Origin: Alteromonas sp.
Lineage (GTDB): Bacteria; Margulisbacteria; Marinamargulisbacteria; UBA6595
Assembly: GCA_964220215.1 (NCBI GenBank)
Contig: CAXPTH010000029.1
Span: 1-16,635, forward strand
DNA: 16,635 nt
Direction of reading: 5' to 3'
Shown: piece by piece, positions 1 through 9,060 of the stretch
Layout of the letters: each line of letters opens with the position of its first letter
Position numbering within the stretch: position 1 is the first letter of the stretch
Made by a program: the position numbers and the translations under genes
Notes under the pieces: generated by a model
Told to the model about the DNA's origin: nothing
Database searches by the model: none
What the model saw: only the letters and a program-made list of their open reading frames with translations

Positions 1-13
1 GGAGTTTAGAAAC

Positions 14-42
14 TGGCCAAAACGGGCATTGGTTGGTATACT
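14..42 (+). promoter_or_regulatory. Putative sigma70 promoter antisense to peptide ORF 1
   Basis: TGGCCA (14-19), 17-bp spacer, TATACT (37-42) with extended -10 TG at 34-35. The -10 is conserved in unit 2. Confidence 0.65.
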
Positions 43-48
43 GAGTGC

Positions 49-245
49 AGTACCTGCCCAATGGGAGACAGGATTTTGGTTAGAAGAAACTGGCAGTTTT
101 CTCAAAAATCAATGCCAGTTCTTCTAAAATATTAAACATTAATTTCAATATTAATAATACTAAGAATAGATACTTAATAATCTTTTCTAACATTGACATC
201 ACCTCCTAAAACATGGATATGTTGTTGAGGTGTGGCGAAAGCCAG
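49..245 (+). ncRNA. Candidate antisense (antitoxin-like) RNA 1; ends approximate
   Basis: Lies downstream of the 14-42 promoter and is complementary to the whole peptide ORF and its SD. Hairpins at 53-72, 80-127 and 200-232, plus TGGC-GAAA-GCCA (GNRA tetraloop) at 233-244. Confidence 0.5.
80..193 (-). CDS. 37-aa hydrophobic peptide MLEKIIKYLFLVLLILKLMFNILEELALIFEKTASFF, type I toxin-like
   Basis: Manual translation. SD AGGAGGT (207-201) lies 7 nt before ATG 193, with TAA at 82-80. Length and frame are conserved in the paralog at 533-646. Confidence 0.8.
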   Translation of the reverse strand: MLEKIIKYLFLVLLILKLMFNILEELALIFEKTASFF

Positions 246-247
246 AA

Positions 248-388
248 CTAGGCCCCTAAATCCCCTAAAGGGGACTTTTGTGCATTTGGTTTGTTGAAAT
301 TATTTTATTTAAACTTGACCCAATGCTATGGTGTTGTCTAAACGTCACGCTCAACCACAAGTCCCCTTTAGGGGATTTAGGGGCCTAG
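248..388. mobile_element. 141-bp MITE/REPIN-like element, copy A
   Basis: Perfect 30-bp terminal inverted repeats ctaggcccctaaatcccctaaaggggactt (248-277 / 359-388). The 81-bp interior is homologous to the reverse complement of the copy C interior. Confidence 0.85.
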
Positions 389-454
389 GGAATAAGTGTC
401 TAGGTGTATTTAGGGGCCTAGGGAATAAGTGCCTAGGTGTATTTAGGTGCCTAG
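375..454. repeat. 33-bp tandem repeat (about 2.4 copies) derived from the element terminus
   Basis: atttaggggcctagggaataagtg(t/c)ctaggtgt at 375-407 and 408-440, then partial atttaggtgcctag at 441-454. Confidence 0.9.
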
Positions 455-467
455 TGAGTTTAGAAAC

Positions 468-496
468 TGGCCCAAACGGGCATTGGTTGGTATACT
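468..496 (+). promoter_or_regulatory. Putative sigma70 promoter antisense to peptide ORF 2
   Basis: TGGCCC (468-473), 17 bp, TATACT (491-496) with extended TG at 488-489. Confidence 0.6.
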
Positions 497-502
497 AAAT
501 AC

Positions 503-698
503 AGTACCTGCCCAATGGGAGACAGGGTTTTTTTAGAAGAGACTGGTCAAGGCCGCTATAACCGTTGCCAGCTCTTCTAGGATTTTAAACACTAATTTCA
601 ATATTAATAATACTGAGAATAGATACTTAATAATCTTTTCTAGCATGGTCATCACCTCCTAAAACATGGATATGTTGTTGAGGTGTGGCGAAAGCCAG
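503..698 (+). ncRNA. Candidate antisense (antitoxin-like) RNA 2; ends approximate
   Basis: Same hairpins as RNA 1, including a compensatory A-T to G-C change in the 534-579 stem and the terminal GAAA tetraloop hairpin. Confidence 0.5.
533..646 (-). CDS. 37-aa hydrophobic peptide MLEKIIKYLFSVLLILKLVFKILEELATVIAALTSLF, type I toxin-like
   Basis: Manual translation. SD AGGAGGT (660-654) lies 7 nt before ATG 646, with TAA at 535-533. 26/37 residues are identical to the 80-193 peptide, with 4 synonymous codon changes. Confidence 0.8.
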   Translation of the reverse strand: MLEKIIKYLFSVLLILKLVFKILEELATVIAALTSLF

Positions 699-731
699 CC
701 CATTGTCGTCAGCCGGTGCTGACTAAACCAA

Positions 732-760
732 AGTATATCAAAGCGCCCTTGCTTAGACAA
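732..760 (-). promoter_or_regulatory. Putative sigma70 promoter for the peptide mRNA
   Basis: Minus strand TTGTCT (760-755), 17 bp, TATACT (737-732) with extended TG. The predicted start near 725 is followed directly by a 6-bp hairpin (708-723). Confidence 0.65.
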
Positions 761-918
761 ACAAAAATTCGGTTTAATATAATTTTTTATTTTTATTACG
801 TTAAATACAAACGGCTGTTCATCTGGCAAAATCCGTGGCTTATGCCGTCATTAATGTTACACTAATACGTATCAGTTTCGAATGAAGAATAAAACAGCGC
901 AGTGCAGGAGTTGGGCGT

Positions 919-2100
919 ATGAAGCTTTGGACTAAAATCTTGATAGGATTGTTTGCAGGGGCTCTATTTGGCCTATGGCTCCCATCGCTTGCCCCCTATA
1001 CCAAGCCCATCGGGGATGGGTTTATCCAGTTAATTAATATGCTAATCGTGCCGTTAATTTTTTCATCCCTGTTGGTGGGTGTCACCAGCATCGATGATAC
1101 CAAAAAAATGGGGCGCATTGGCTTAAAAACATTGCTGTTGTATTTGGGCAGTACTGCGTTTGCCATTACCATTGGGCTCCTGGTGTCCGCCAGTTTGCAA
1201 CCCGGTGTTGGTGTTGATTTGGGGACCGCATCGACCGGATTGAATTCGCCCGCACAATCCTGGGCCGACACGCTGGTCTCCCTCATTCCCCGAAACCCAG
1301 TCGCCGCCATGGCCAACGGTCACATACTACAAATTATTATTTTCGCAATCCTGCTGGGCATTGCCCTAAACCTAACCGGATCCAAAGCAAAGCCAGTGAT
1401 TGCGTTTTTTGATGGGCTCGCCGAAGGCATGTACAAATTAACCGGTATGGTGATGGCGCTGGCCCCCTATGGGGTGTTTTGTCTAATAGGCTATGTGGCC
1501 AGCCAGTATGGCCTAGCGGTGTTGTTGCCACTCGGAAAGGTGGTCCTTGGGGTGTATCTGGGTTGTGTCATTCACGCTGTTGTGATCCTGGGGGGTGCCC
1601 TGTTTGTCTTTGGGCGATTCAACCCCATTCGGTTTTTTAAGGGCATTGTCGATGCCATCGCCGTTGCGTACAGCACCGCCAGCAGTTCAGGAACGCTGCC
1701 CGTATCCATCCGGTGCGTACGAAAAAATTTGGGCGTATCGGATAGCATTTCCAGCTTCGTGTTGCCCATGGGGGCAACGATTAATATGGATGGCACCGCC
1801 ATTTATCAAGGGGTATGTGCCATATTTATTGCACAAGCCTATGGCATCGAGCTGACCCTCGGGCACTATGCAACCCTTGTCTTAACGTCAACCTTTGCCT
1901 CCATTGGATCCGCAGGCGTTCCTGGTGCCGGTCTGATTATGCTCACCCTGGTGCTGAACTCGGTGGGGCTGCCGCTGGAAGGCATCGCCATTATTGCGGG
2001 TATTGATCGAATCCTCGACATGGCCCGCACAACCGTTAACGTGGTGGGCGACTGTGCCGTCACCGTCCTAGTGGCTCAGGGTGAAAATGAGCTAAATTAA
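919..2100 (+). CDS. Dicarboxylate/amino acid:cation symporter (DAACS/SDF, GltP/GltT-like)
   Basis: Multi-TM protein with the family motifs SSSGTLP, GATINMDGTA and DRILDMARTTVNVVGD. SD AGGAG upstream. Confidence 0.95.
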   Translation: MKLWTKILIGLFAGALFGLWLPSLAPYTKPIGDGFIQLINMLIVPLIFSSLLVGVTSIDDTKKMGRIGLKTLLLYLGSTAFAITIGLLVSASLQPGVGVDLGTASTGLNSPAQSWADTLVSLIPRNPVAAMANGHILQIIIFAILLGIALNLTGSKAKPVIAFFDGLAEGMYKLTGMVMALAPYGVFCLIGYVASQYGLAVLLPLGKVVLGVYLGCVIHAVVILGGALFVFGRFNPIRFFKGIVDAIAVAYSTASSSGTLPVSIRCVRKNLGVSDSISSFVLPMGATINMDGTAIYQGVCAIFIAQAYGIELTLGHYATLVLTSTFASIGSAGVPGAGLIMLTLVLNSVGLPLEGIAIIAGIDRILDMARTTVNVVGDCAVTVLVAQGENELN

Positions 2101-2134
2101 TAAGGTGTGGTATCATACTATTCAATTGGCTTAA

Positions 2135-3442
<1,308 letters not shown>

Positions 3443-3754
3443 ATGGCCCGAATCGCCATCGGTATTTTGGGCGTATGCCTGGTGGGATATTTGATGGTCG
3501 AAACGATTCACAATGTGTATCGGTATACGGCGTATCGGATCCAAGCCAACAAAAATCATGAAAAAATGATCGAGATGGAGTCCAAATTAGCTGTTATGAC
3601 AGAAGAATTGGAAAGCATGAACAATCTTGATTTTGTTGACACATTGATTCGAAAACGGTTAAATTACGTTAGTAAAGACGATGTTGTATATCAAATTAGG
3701 AGACAGTCATCACAGAATCAAATAACCCAAGTCCCACAGAAGTCCAGGCGCTGA
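3443..3754 (+). CDS. ftsB: Septum formation initiator, FtsB/DivIC family
   Basis: N-terminal TM, coiled coil and C-terminal RKRLNYVSKDDVVYQI resembling the AR..LG.V..GE..Y pattern. Abuts the eno stop codon, and eno-ftsB is a common gene order. Confidence 0.75.
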   Translation: MARIAIGILGVCLVGYLMVETIHNVYRYTAYRIQANKNHEKMIEMESKLAVMTEELESMNNLDFVDTLIRKRLNYVSKDDVVYQIRRQSSQNQITQVPQKSRR

Positions 3755-4146
3755 CTCCCGGATCTGTGTATACCGCAACCGTCACCAGCGTGGTGTCGTT
3801 TGGGGCGTTTGTGCGTCTGGAAACGGGGGAGGATGGCATGGTCCACATTTCGGAAGTGTCGGAAAACTATGTGACCAATATTACCGATATTTTATCGGTT
3901 GGCGATGAAGTTCAGGTAAAATTTTTGCGCCAAAACGATAAGTCTCAGTTGGAATTTTCCATTCGTCAGGTTCAATCTGAGGGGCCACGTGTGCCGCGCA
4001 GTCCGGCGGTTGCCAACGAAGCATTTGAAGAAAAAATGAACCAGTTTATGAAACAGGCGGACTCGGTATTGATCGATGTTCGACGCAATTTAAAAGTTAA
4101 GCAAGGCCTTGTTAGAAAAAAAAGAACCAGTCGAAAGAAGGGGTAA
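3709..4146 (+). CDS. S1-domain RNA-binding protein (YabR/YugI-like); start proposed at ATC 3709 rather than the track's GTG 3766
   Basis: S1 motif LTPGSVYTATVTSVVSFGAFVRL...GMVHISEVS and YabR-like tail FEEKMNQFMK. divIC-yabR synteny is known from Firmicutes. The start position is inferred. Confidence 0.85.
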   Translation: MTESNNPSPTEVQALTPGSVYTATVTSVVSFGAFVRLETGEDGMVHISEVSENYVTNITDILSVGDEVQVKFLRQNDKSQLEFSIRQVQSEGPRVPRSPAVANEAFEEKMNQFMKQADSVLIDVRRNLKVKQGLVRKKRTSRKKG

Positions 4147-5269
4147 GTCCGTACCGGTTGATCGTGTTGCGGTAACAACAGCGCATTTGGATTGGTATCG
4201 AGCCCAAGGGGGCGCCCTGCCAACGGGTGTGCTGCCCTTGCAAGATTATGACTATGATGGGGTGGAATTTACCTATTATTATGGGGATGATGGGGTGGAT
4301 GCCAATCGGCCCGTGACCAGTTCGGATCGGGCGGCAATTCAGGCGGCATTGCCACCGATCTTAGCGTGGTTTCAGGCAGCTGGCCACCCTATTCAATGGC
4401 TGAGCCTATCGGACGTTCATTGGGGTGTGGATGGCCACCTGTACATTGCACCACGCTTTGTGCCCATTCCTCGGTTGGATAACCTGCTCCGGGCCCGTGT
4501 GAAACGGTCGCTCTGGCGGTGGGTGCTGTGGACGTGCGTGAGTGTTGGCTTGGCGTTCCTGGTGTTGCTTTTTGCCTATACACGGCCGTCCGGAGATACC
4601 CATAGGGTGACGGTGCCCAATGTTGTGGGGATGGGCGTGGCAGACGCAGGAGAGATTTTGGCAAATACCCAGTTTCAATTGAGTTATCAGTATAATGTTC
4701 AGGTTCCGTCTGGGTCAGTTATTGCAACGGTTCCGCCAGCCGGGCGAATGATGAAAGCGTCGCGTCCGTTGCGTGTTATGGTCTCCAAAGGGTTGCCCAT
4801 GCTAACGGTTCCCAATGGCTTGGGCAAACCGTTGGAACAAGTTCGTGTACTAGCGACGGAGAATGGATTTGACTTGGCGGTAGCATCCGGCAATTACAGT
4901 ATGTTCGAGCCTGTGGGCATTATTCTTGCGCAAGTGCCCACGCCCAATGCAACGGTTACCGACAATACCCTAAGCGTCGTGCCCAGTTTGGGCTTGCCCT
5001 TAATCCGACACGTTACGCCCAATATGGACTTGTCTGCGCTCACCCAACAAGCGGTGGTCGATGTGGTTGTGTCTGGCTGGGTTCCCTCGGACTGGGCAAC
5101 CCAATCGGTGCGTATTGAGGCCCAAGAGACGGATGTTGTGACGGTGTATACAGGGATACACCCACCGGGGGATGTGTTTGATGTGGCGGTGCCGGTTGTG
5201 TCGGGGACAAAAATTCGAATCTATTACAACGAATCGGTGTTGGTGTATGACCGAGTGTATGCACCATGA
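4109..5269 (+). CDS. Membrane-anchored PASTA-domain protein with degenerate Ser/Thr kinase-like N-terminus; start uncertain
   Basis: TM segment (WVLWTCVSVGLAFLVLLFAY) followed by two PASTA-like repeats (VTVPNVVGM...VIATVPPAG...VSKG; TVPNGLGK...ILAQVPTPN). Confidence 0.8.
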   Translation: MLEKKEPVERRGKSVPVDRVAVTTAHLDWYRAQGGALPTGVLPLQDYDYDGVEFTYYYGDDGVDANRPVTSSDRAAIQAALPPILAWFQAAGHPIQWLSLSDVHWGVDGHLYIAPRFVPIPRLDNLLRARVKRSLWRWVLWTCVSVGLAFLVLLFAYTRPSGDTHRVTVPNVVGMGVADAGEILANTQFQLSYQYNVQVPSGSVIATVPPAGRMMKASRPLRVMVSKGLPMLTVPNGLGKPLEQVRVLATENGFDLAVASGNYSMFEPVGIILAQVPTPNATVTDNTLSVVPSLGLPLIRHVTPNMDLSALTQQAVVDVVVSGWVPSDWATQSVRIEAQETDVVTVYTGIHPPGDVFDVAVPVVSGTKIRIYYNESVLVYDRVYAP

Positions 5270-6327
5270 CCTGGCGCGATCCCATAGCCGTGATGCGGGC
5301 GTTAATTCAAAAAGCCCATCCCTATCGGGGGCTAGGGGCACCCAACCCCGTGGTTGCCGCCGCAGTCATCCGAGATGGCCAGTGGGTGGCCGATGGCGTG
5401 CATGTGCGGGCGGGGTGTGCGCATGCGGAGGTGCTGGCCTTGGATCAAGCGGGGGATTTGGCTCAGGGGGCGACCTTGTATGTTACGTTGGAGCCGTGTA
5501 CTCATTGGGGCAAAACGCCGCCGTGTTGTGACGCAATTATTTCGGCTGGCATTGCCCATGTCGTGTGGGCGGTGGATGACCCCAGTCCGCACGTTCGCCG
5601 GTTGCCGGCCCAGTCCGTATTGGAATCGGCGGGCATTGGTGTCACGGGGGGGGTATTGGCTGACCATGCGCGGTTCTTAAACCCAGCGTTTCATCGGCCC
5701 AAGTCGGATGCGCCTTTCATCACTTTAAAATTGGCGCAAAGTTTGGATGGCAAGCTGGCCTTGGATAATGGCGATAGTGCGTACTTAACCAGTGTATCGG
5801 CGCGTCGGTATGTTCACCAAATTCGCAACGCTGTGGATGCGATTGTGGTGGGTGCGCAAACCGTTTGGATGGATGATCCAGAATTAACCATTCGGCATGG
5901 GGTTGAGCATGCGCAGGCACCGGCTGTCATTGTGGCTTCCCGAGACCCCAATACCCCCAAGCGATTGTGCAACACGCGTTTATTTGCTGTGGATCGGCCC
6001 GTGTACACGACAACGCTATCCACTGCAGGGATTACCCATGTTCAGCGGCTCAACGCCAACGGGACCCTTGGCCCATCGGAACCCATAAGTGCCGTGTGGG
6101 GATCCCCTTATTTACTCGTGGAAGGGGGTGGAATTGTCGCCAATCAGTTGCTCCAAGCGGGGGTTGTGGATGAGCTGATGGTGATGATTGCCCCGTGTAT
6201 TTTGGGTGGCTCACGGGGGTGGGGCGGCAACAGCCCAGACGCATTGGACCGGTGTTTGCGTTATTCGCATACCCATGTGCACCAATTTGATGATACGGTC
6301 ATGATCCAAGGGCTTACGGGTGTGTAA
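5266..6327 (+). CDS. ribD: Bifunctional riboflavin deaminase/reductase
   Basis: HAE and YVTLEPCTHWGKTPPC zinc motifs; reductase motifs KLAQSLDG, DDPELT and LLVEGGG. ATGA overlap with the upstream gene. Confidence 0.97.
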   Translation: MTWRDPIAVMRALIQKAHPYRGLGAPNPVVAAAVIRDGQWVADGVHVRAGCAHAEVLALDQAGDLAQGATLYVTLEPCTHWGKTPPCCDAIISAGIAHVVWAVDDPSPHVRRLPAQSVLESAGIGVTGGVLADHARFLNPAFHRPKSDAPFITLKLAQSLDGKLALDNGDSAYLTSVSARRYVHQIRNAVDAIVVGAQTVWMDDPELTIRHGVEHAQAPAVIVASRDPNTPKRLCNTRLFAVDRPVYTTTLSTAGITHVQRLNANGTLGPSEPISAVWGSPYLLVEGGGIVANQLLQAGVVDELMVMIAPCILGGSRGWGGNSPDALDRCLRYSHTHVHQFDDTVMIQGLTGV

Positions 6328-6363
6328 GCCCTTGGTTGGCGATTGCTGTGTGGGCATGGTAGC

Positions 6364-8928
6364 ATGAGCGAGTATATGGGACTCAAGATTCAACGATGGC
6401 GAATCGGACTGCTGGGGCTTGGGTTCATGGTTTGGGGGCTGGTTGGCAGTGGGGTGCTGTGCGCCGAATCGCAGCAGCATGCCTATCAATTGGATAATGG
6501 CGCTTATGTGTATATTGTGGCGGATCCTGAAGCGGCGGTGGCCAGTGTGCGTGTGGTGGTCAAAGCGGGCGGACTGACCGAGTCACCATGGGCGGGCTCG
6601 GGCATTTCACATTACTTAGAACATGTGGTTGCGGGCGGGTCAACGACGCATCGCTCGGAGCAGATGTATTCAGAAAAAATAGACTACTTGGGCGGGGCGT
6701 TTAATGCGTATACAACCGATGACCATACGGGTTATTTTATTAATACGGGGCCGGAGTCGGTGACGGCAGCCATTGAAATTATGGGGGAATGGTTGTTTGC
6801 GTGTGCGTTTGACCCCCAAGAAGTTGAGCGGGAGCGTGGGGTTATTCAACAAGAAATGCAACGAGCCTGGGCGGATCCCAACCGGTTGGTGTATCGGTAT
6901 TCACAAGAAAATTTTTATGCCGGCACGGTCGCCGAGCATCCCATTTTGGGGCGTCTGGGGCGGTTTAATGCGTTGCAGCCGGCGGATTTGCAAGCCTACT
7001 ATCAGCGTCAGTATGTTCCCGAGAATATGATTGTCTTGGTTGGGGGTGCGGTGGATGTAGCGGCCGTGAAGGCCAGTATAGCGGCAGCGTTTGGTCAGCA
7101 AGCGCATGCCACGGCTCCGGCGATGCCCATGGTTCAACCCAAGCCGGTGATGATGCCCCGGGAGTTGGTGGTGGAAGGCCCCACAGCGGTTGAGCGTGTA
7201 TCCATTCGCTTTCCGACGGTTGACTTGGCGCATCCGGATTTATATCCGTTGGATTTATTGGCCTATATCTTGGGCCATGGGCGTGAGTCGTTGTTGCACC
7301 AACAGTTGGTCATTAAGCAAGGGGTGGCCAATGCCGTATCCGTGCATTCAGTCACCCCGGTGGGCGTGACGGGTTATTTTGACATTCAGCTGTCGGTGGA
7401 TCCCAATCAGCGCGAGGCCGCCATTCAAGCGGTGTATGAAACGCTGAATACGGTGACATTTAAACGCGCAGCCATTCGGCGAGCCAAAAAACAAAAATTA
7501 GCGGCGGATGCCCTGCTCAGTCAAGCGTTACCGGATCGATTGGATCGATTGGCCCAATCGCATTTGGCCACTGGAGGGCCTGGGTTTTATGGGTACTATG
7601 CCCGTCAATTTGCGTCGGTGACAGCGGCTGATTTAACGCGCGTTTGGCAGGCGTATATTCACCAGCGCATGCCCATGACAACACGGCTTGTTCCCTGGAC
7701 TGAGGCCAAAAGCACCGCCGGGGATACCGGGGAGTATCGCCGTGCAACCCTAAACAACGGGGTGCCCGTATTCAGTCAGCCCGATGCATCCGACCCTGCC
7801 GTACGGGTTGTGTTTCGATTCTTGCATGGGTCGGCGCCTGAACCCCCGGGTGCCGGCGCCCTAGCCAGTCAATTATTTGGCTTGGGGGCCAATCGGTTAA
7901 GCCAGTATGCCGAATCGGTGGGGGCGCAGGTGGGCTTGTCCATGGGGCATGATGAATCCGTCATTGAGTTGACAGCGTCACCGGGCGTTATCCACACGCT
8001 GATTCAACACGTGCATACAGCCCTATATGATCCGGTGGTTGATCCGGATGATGTGGCTGTTGAGCAACGGTTGTTGCTGGACCGCATTCGCAAACGGCGG
8101 GATCACTGGGCCAGCGATGCCTTTGCCCAAGTTCGGGCACATTTTTTTCAGGGGCATCCCTATGCCATTCCCCTGGATGGCGAGGAATCGGATGTGGCCG
8201 CATTAACCCCAGACAGCCTGCGGTCGGTATATCGGGCCTTGCAGCAAGCGCCGTTGGTGATTAGCGTGAGTGGGGATTTTAATCCCGCTCGCATGCAAAG
8301 CCAAATGCAGGATTTATTTGGACATGGCGTTAAAAGCCCCCCAAGGCCTCAAATCGCCATGGCGCCCAAACGCGTTCAGGATAGCCATACCAAGACACTC
8401 AAACAGCCGGTGGCTGCCGTTATTTTGGCTGTGGATGCTGCGGCTATGGATGATCCGGATGCCCAGATGGATTGGCAGATGCTGGATACGGTTTTGGCCG
8501 GCATGCAGTATCCGGGTGGTCGCCTACATCCCCTGTTGCGGGGGCAAGAGCTGGTGTATGTGGTGCACGGGGTGCCTCAGTTTTATCGGGATCACGGGAT
8601 TTTTTATATTTACGCACTTACAAGCCCCGAATCCGTTGCAACCGTTCAGCAGCAACTGGTGGATACGGTTGAGCTTTTAAAAACAGCCGGTCTAGACCCT
8701 AAGGAGCGCGAACGGGCCCAGGCCCAGATACGCTATGCCTATCAGCAAGCGCACGACCCGCCATCCGCACGGGTGCATCAAGCGGCCCGGTACCAATTAT
8801 GGGGGCTACCCCTGGATACGCATGAGACCCAATTAACCCGGTTGTCTACCTATACAGATGCCGATGTTCAGGCCATGGCTCAGCAAGCATTTCAGGCCTG
8901 GCAGCTGTATGTATTTTTGCCAGAATAA
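6364..8928 (+). CDS. M16 family (pitrilysin/insulinase-like) zinc peptidase, probably exported
   Basis: Inverted zinc motif HYLEH, NAYTTDDHTGY, duplicated M16 domains and an N-terminal signal-like hydrophobic stretch. First in-frame ATG used (the track starts at TTG 6343). Confidence 0.93.
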   Translation: MSEYMGLKIQRWRIGLLGLGFMVWGLVGSGVLCAESQQHAYQLDNGAYVYIVADPEAAVASVRVVVKAGGLTESPWAGSGISHYLEHVVAGGSTTHRSEQMYSEKIDYLGGAFNAYTTDDHTGYFINTGPESVTAAIEIMGEWLFACAFDPQEVERERGVIQQEMQRAWADPNRLVYRYSQENFYAGTVAEHPILGRLGRFNALQPADLQAYYQRQYVPENMIVLVGGAVDVAAVKASIAAAFGQQAHATAPAMPMVQPKPVMMPRELVVEGPTAVERVSIRFPTVDLAHPDLYPLDLLAYILGHGRESLLHQQLVIKQGVANAVSVHSVTPVGVTGYFDIQLSVDPNQREAAIQAVYETLNTVTFKRAAIRRAKKQKLAADALLSQALPDRLDRLAQSHLATGGPGFYGYYARQFASVTAADLTRVWQAYIHQRMPMTTRLVPWTEAKSTAGDTGEYRRATLNNGVPVFSQPDASDPAVRVVFRFLHGSAPEPPGAGALASQLFGLGANRLSQYAESVGAQVGLSMGHDESVIELTASPGVIHTLIQHVHTALYDPVVDPDDVAVEQRLLLDRIRKRRDHWASDAFAQVRAHFFQGHPYAIPLDGEESDVAALTPDSLRSVYRALQQAPLVISVSGDFNPARMQSQMQDLFGHGVKSPPRPQIAMAPKRVQDSHTKTLKQPVAAVILAVDAAAMDDPDAQMDWQMLDTVLAGMQYPGGRLHPLLRGQELVYVVHGVPQFYRDHGIFYIYALTSPESVATVQQQLVDTVELLKTAGLDPKERERAQAQIRYAYQQAHDPPSARVHQAARYQLWGLPLDTHETQLTRLSTYTDADVQAMAQQAFQAWQLYVFLPE

Positions 8929-8935
8929 AAAACAC

Positions 8936-8964
8936 TTGCATATATTGAATAGAGTTGCTATACT
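8936..8964 (+). promoter_or_regulatory. Putative strong sigma70 promoter with no convincing downstream CDS
   Basis: TTGCAT (8936-8941), 17 bp, TATACT (8959-8964) with extended TG at 8956-8957. Confidence 0.75.
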
Positions 8965-8970
8965 ATAGAT

Positions 8971-9060
8971 ACCCCTCAAGCTGGCGGGGCTTTGAGCTTG
9001 AATGGTTTTTATAACCGTTGCTTGGCTCCGCCAGCACCCAAATCAAAAATTGTTTTTTTT
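8971..9060 (+). ncRNA. Candidate structured small RNA, family not recognised
   Basis: Long hairpin 8980-9035 (gctggcggggc / gctccgccagc; ttgagc / gcttgg; aatggtt / aaccgtt, with G-U pairs that work on the + strand), then T8 at 9053-9060. Confidence 0.55.

Larger units (their letters stand above)
2..245. repeat. Direct repeat unit 1 (type I TA-like module), paralogous to 456-698
   Basis: Aligns by eye with 456-698 from gagtttagaaactggcc to gtgtggcgaaagccag. The main block of divergence is about 94-112 versus 547-565. Confidence 0.95.
456..698. repeat. Direct repeat unit 2 (type I TA-like module)
   Basis: Paralog of 2-245. Confidence 0.95.

Noticed and set aside
248..454. CRISPR array suggested by ~30-bp palindromic repeats
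   Set aside because: The 30-bp repeats occur as inverted pairs, not as direct repeats with unique spacers. The tandem units have no spacers and no cas genes are present.
683..865. 60-aa + strand ORF
   Set aside because: No recognisable product. It starts inside the repeat's terminal hairpins and crosses AT-rich promoter sequence, so it is probably spurious.
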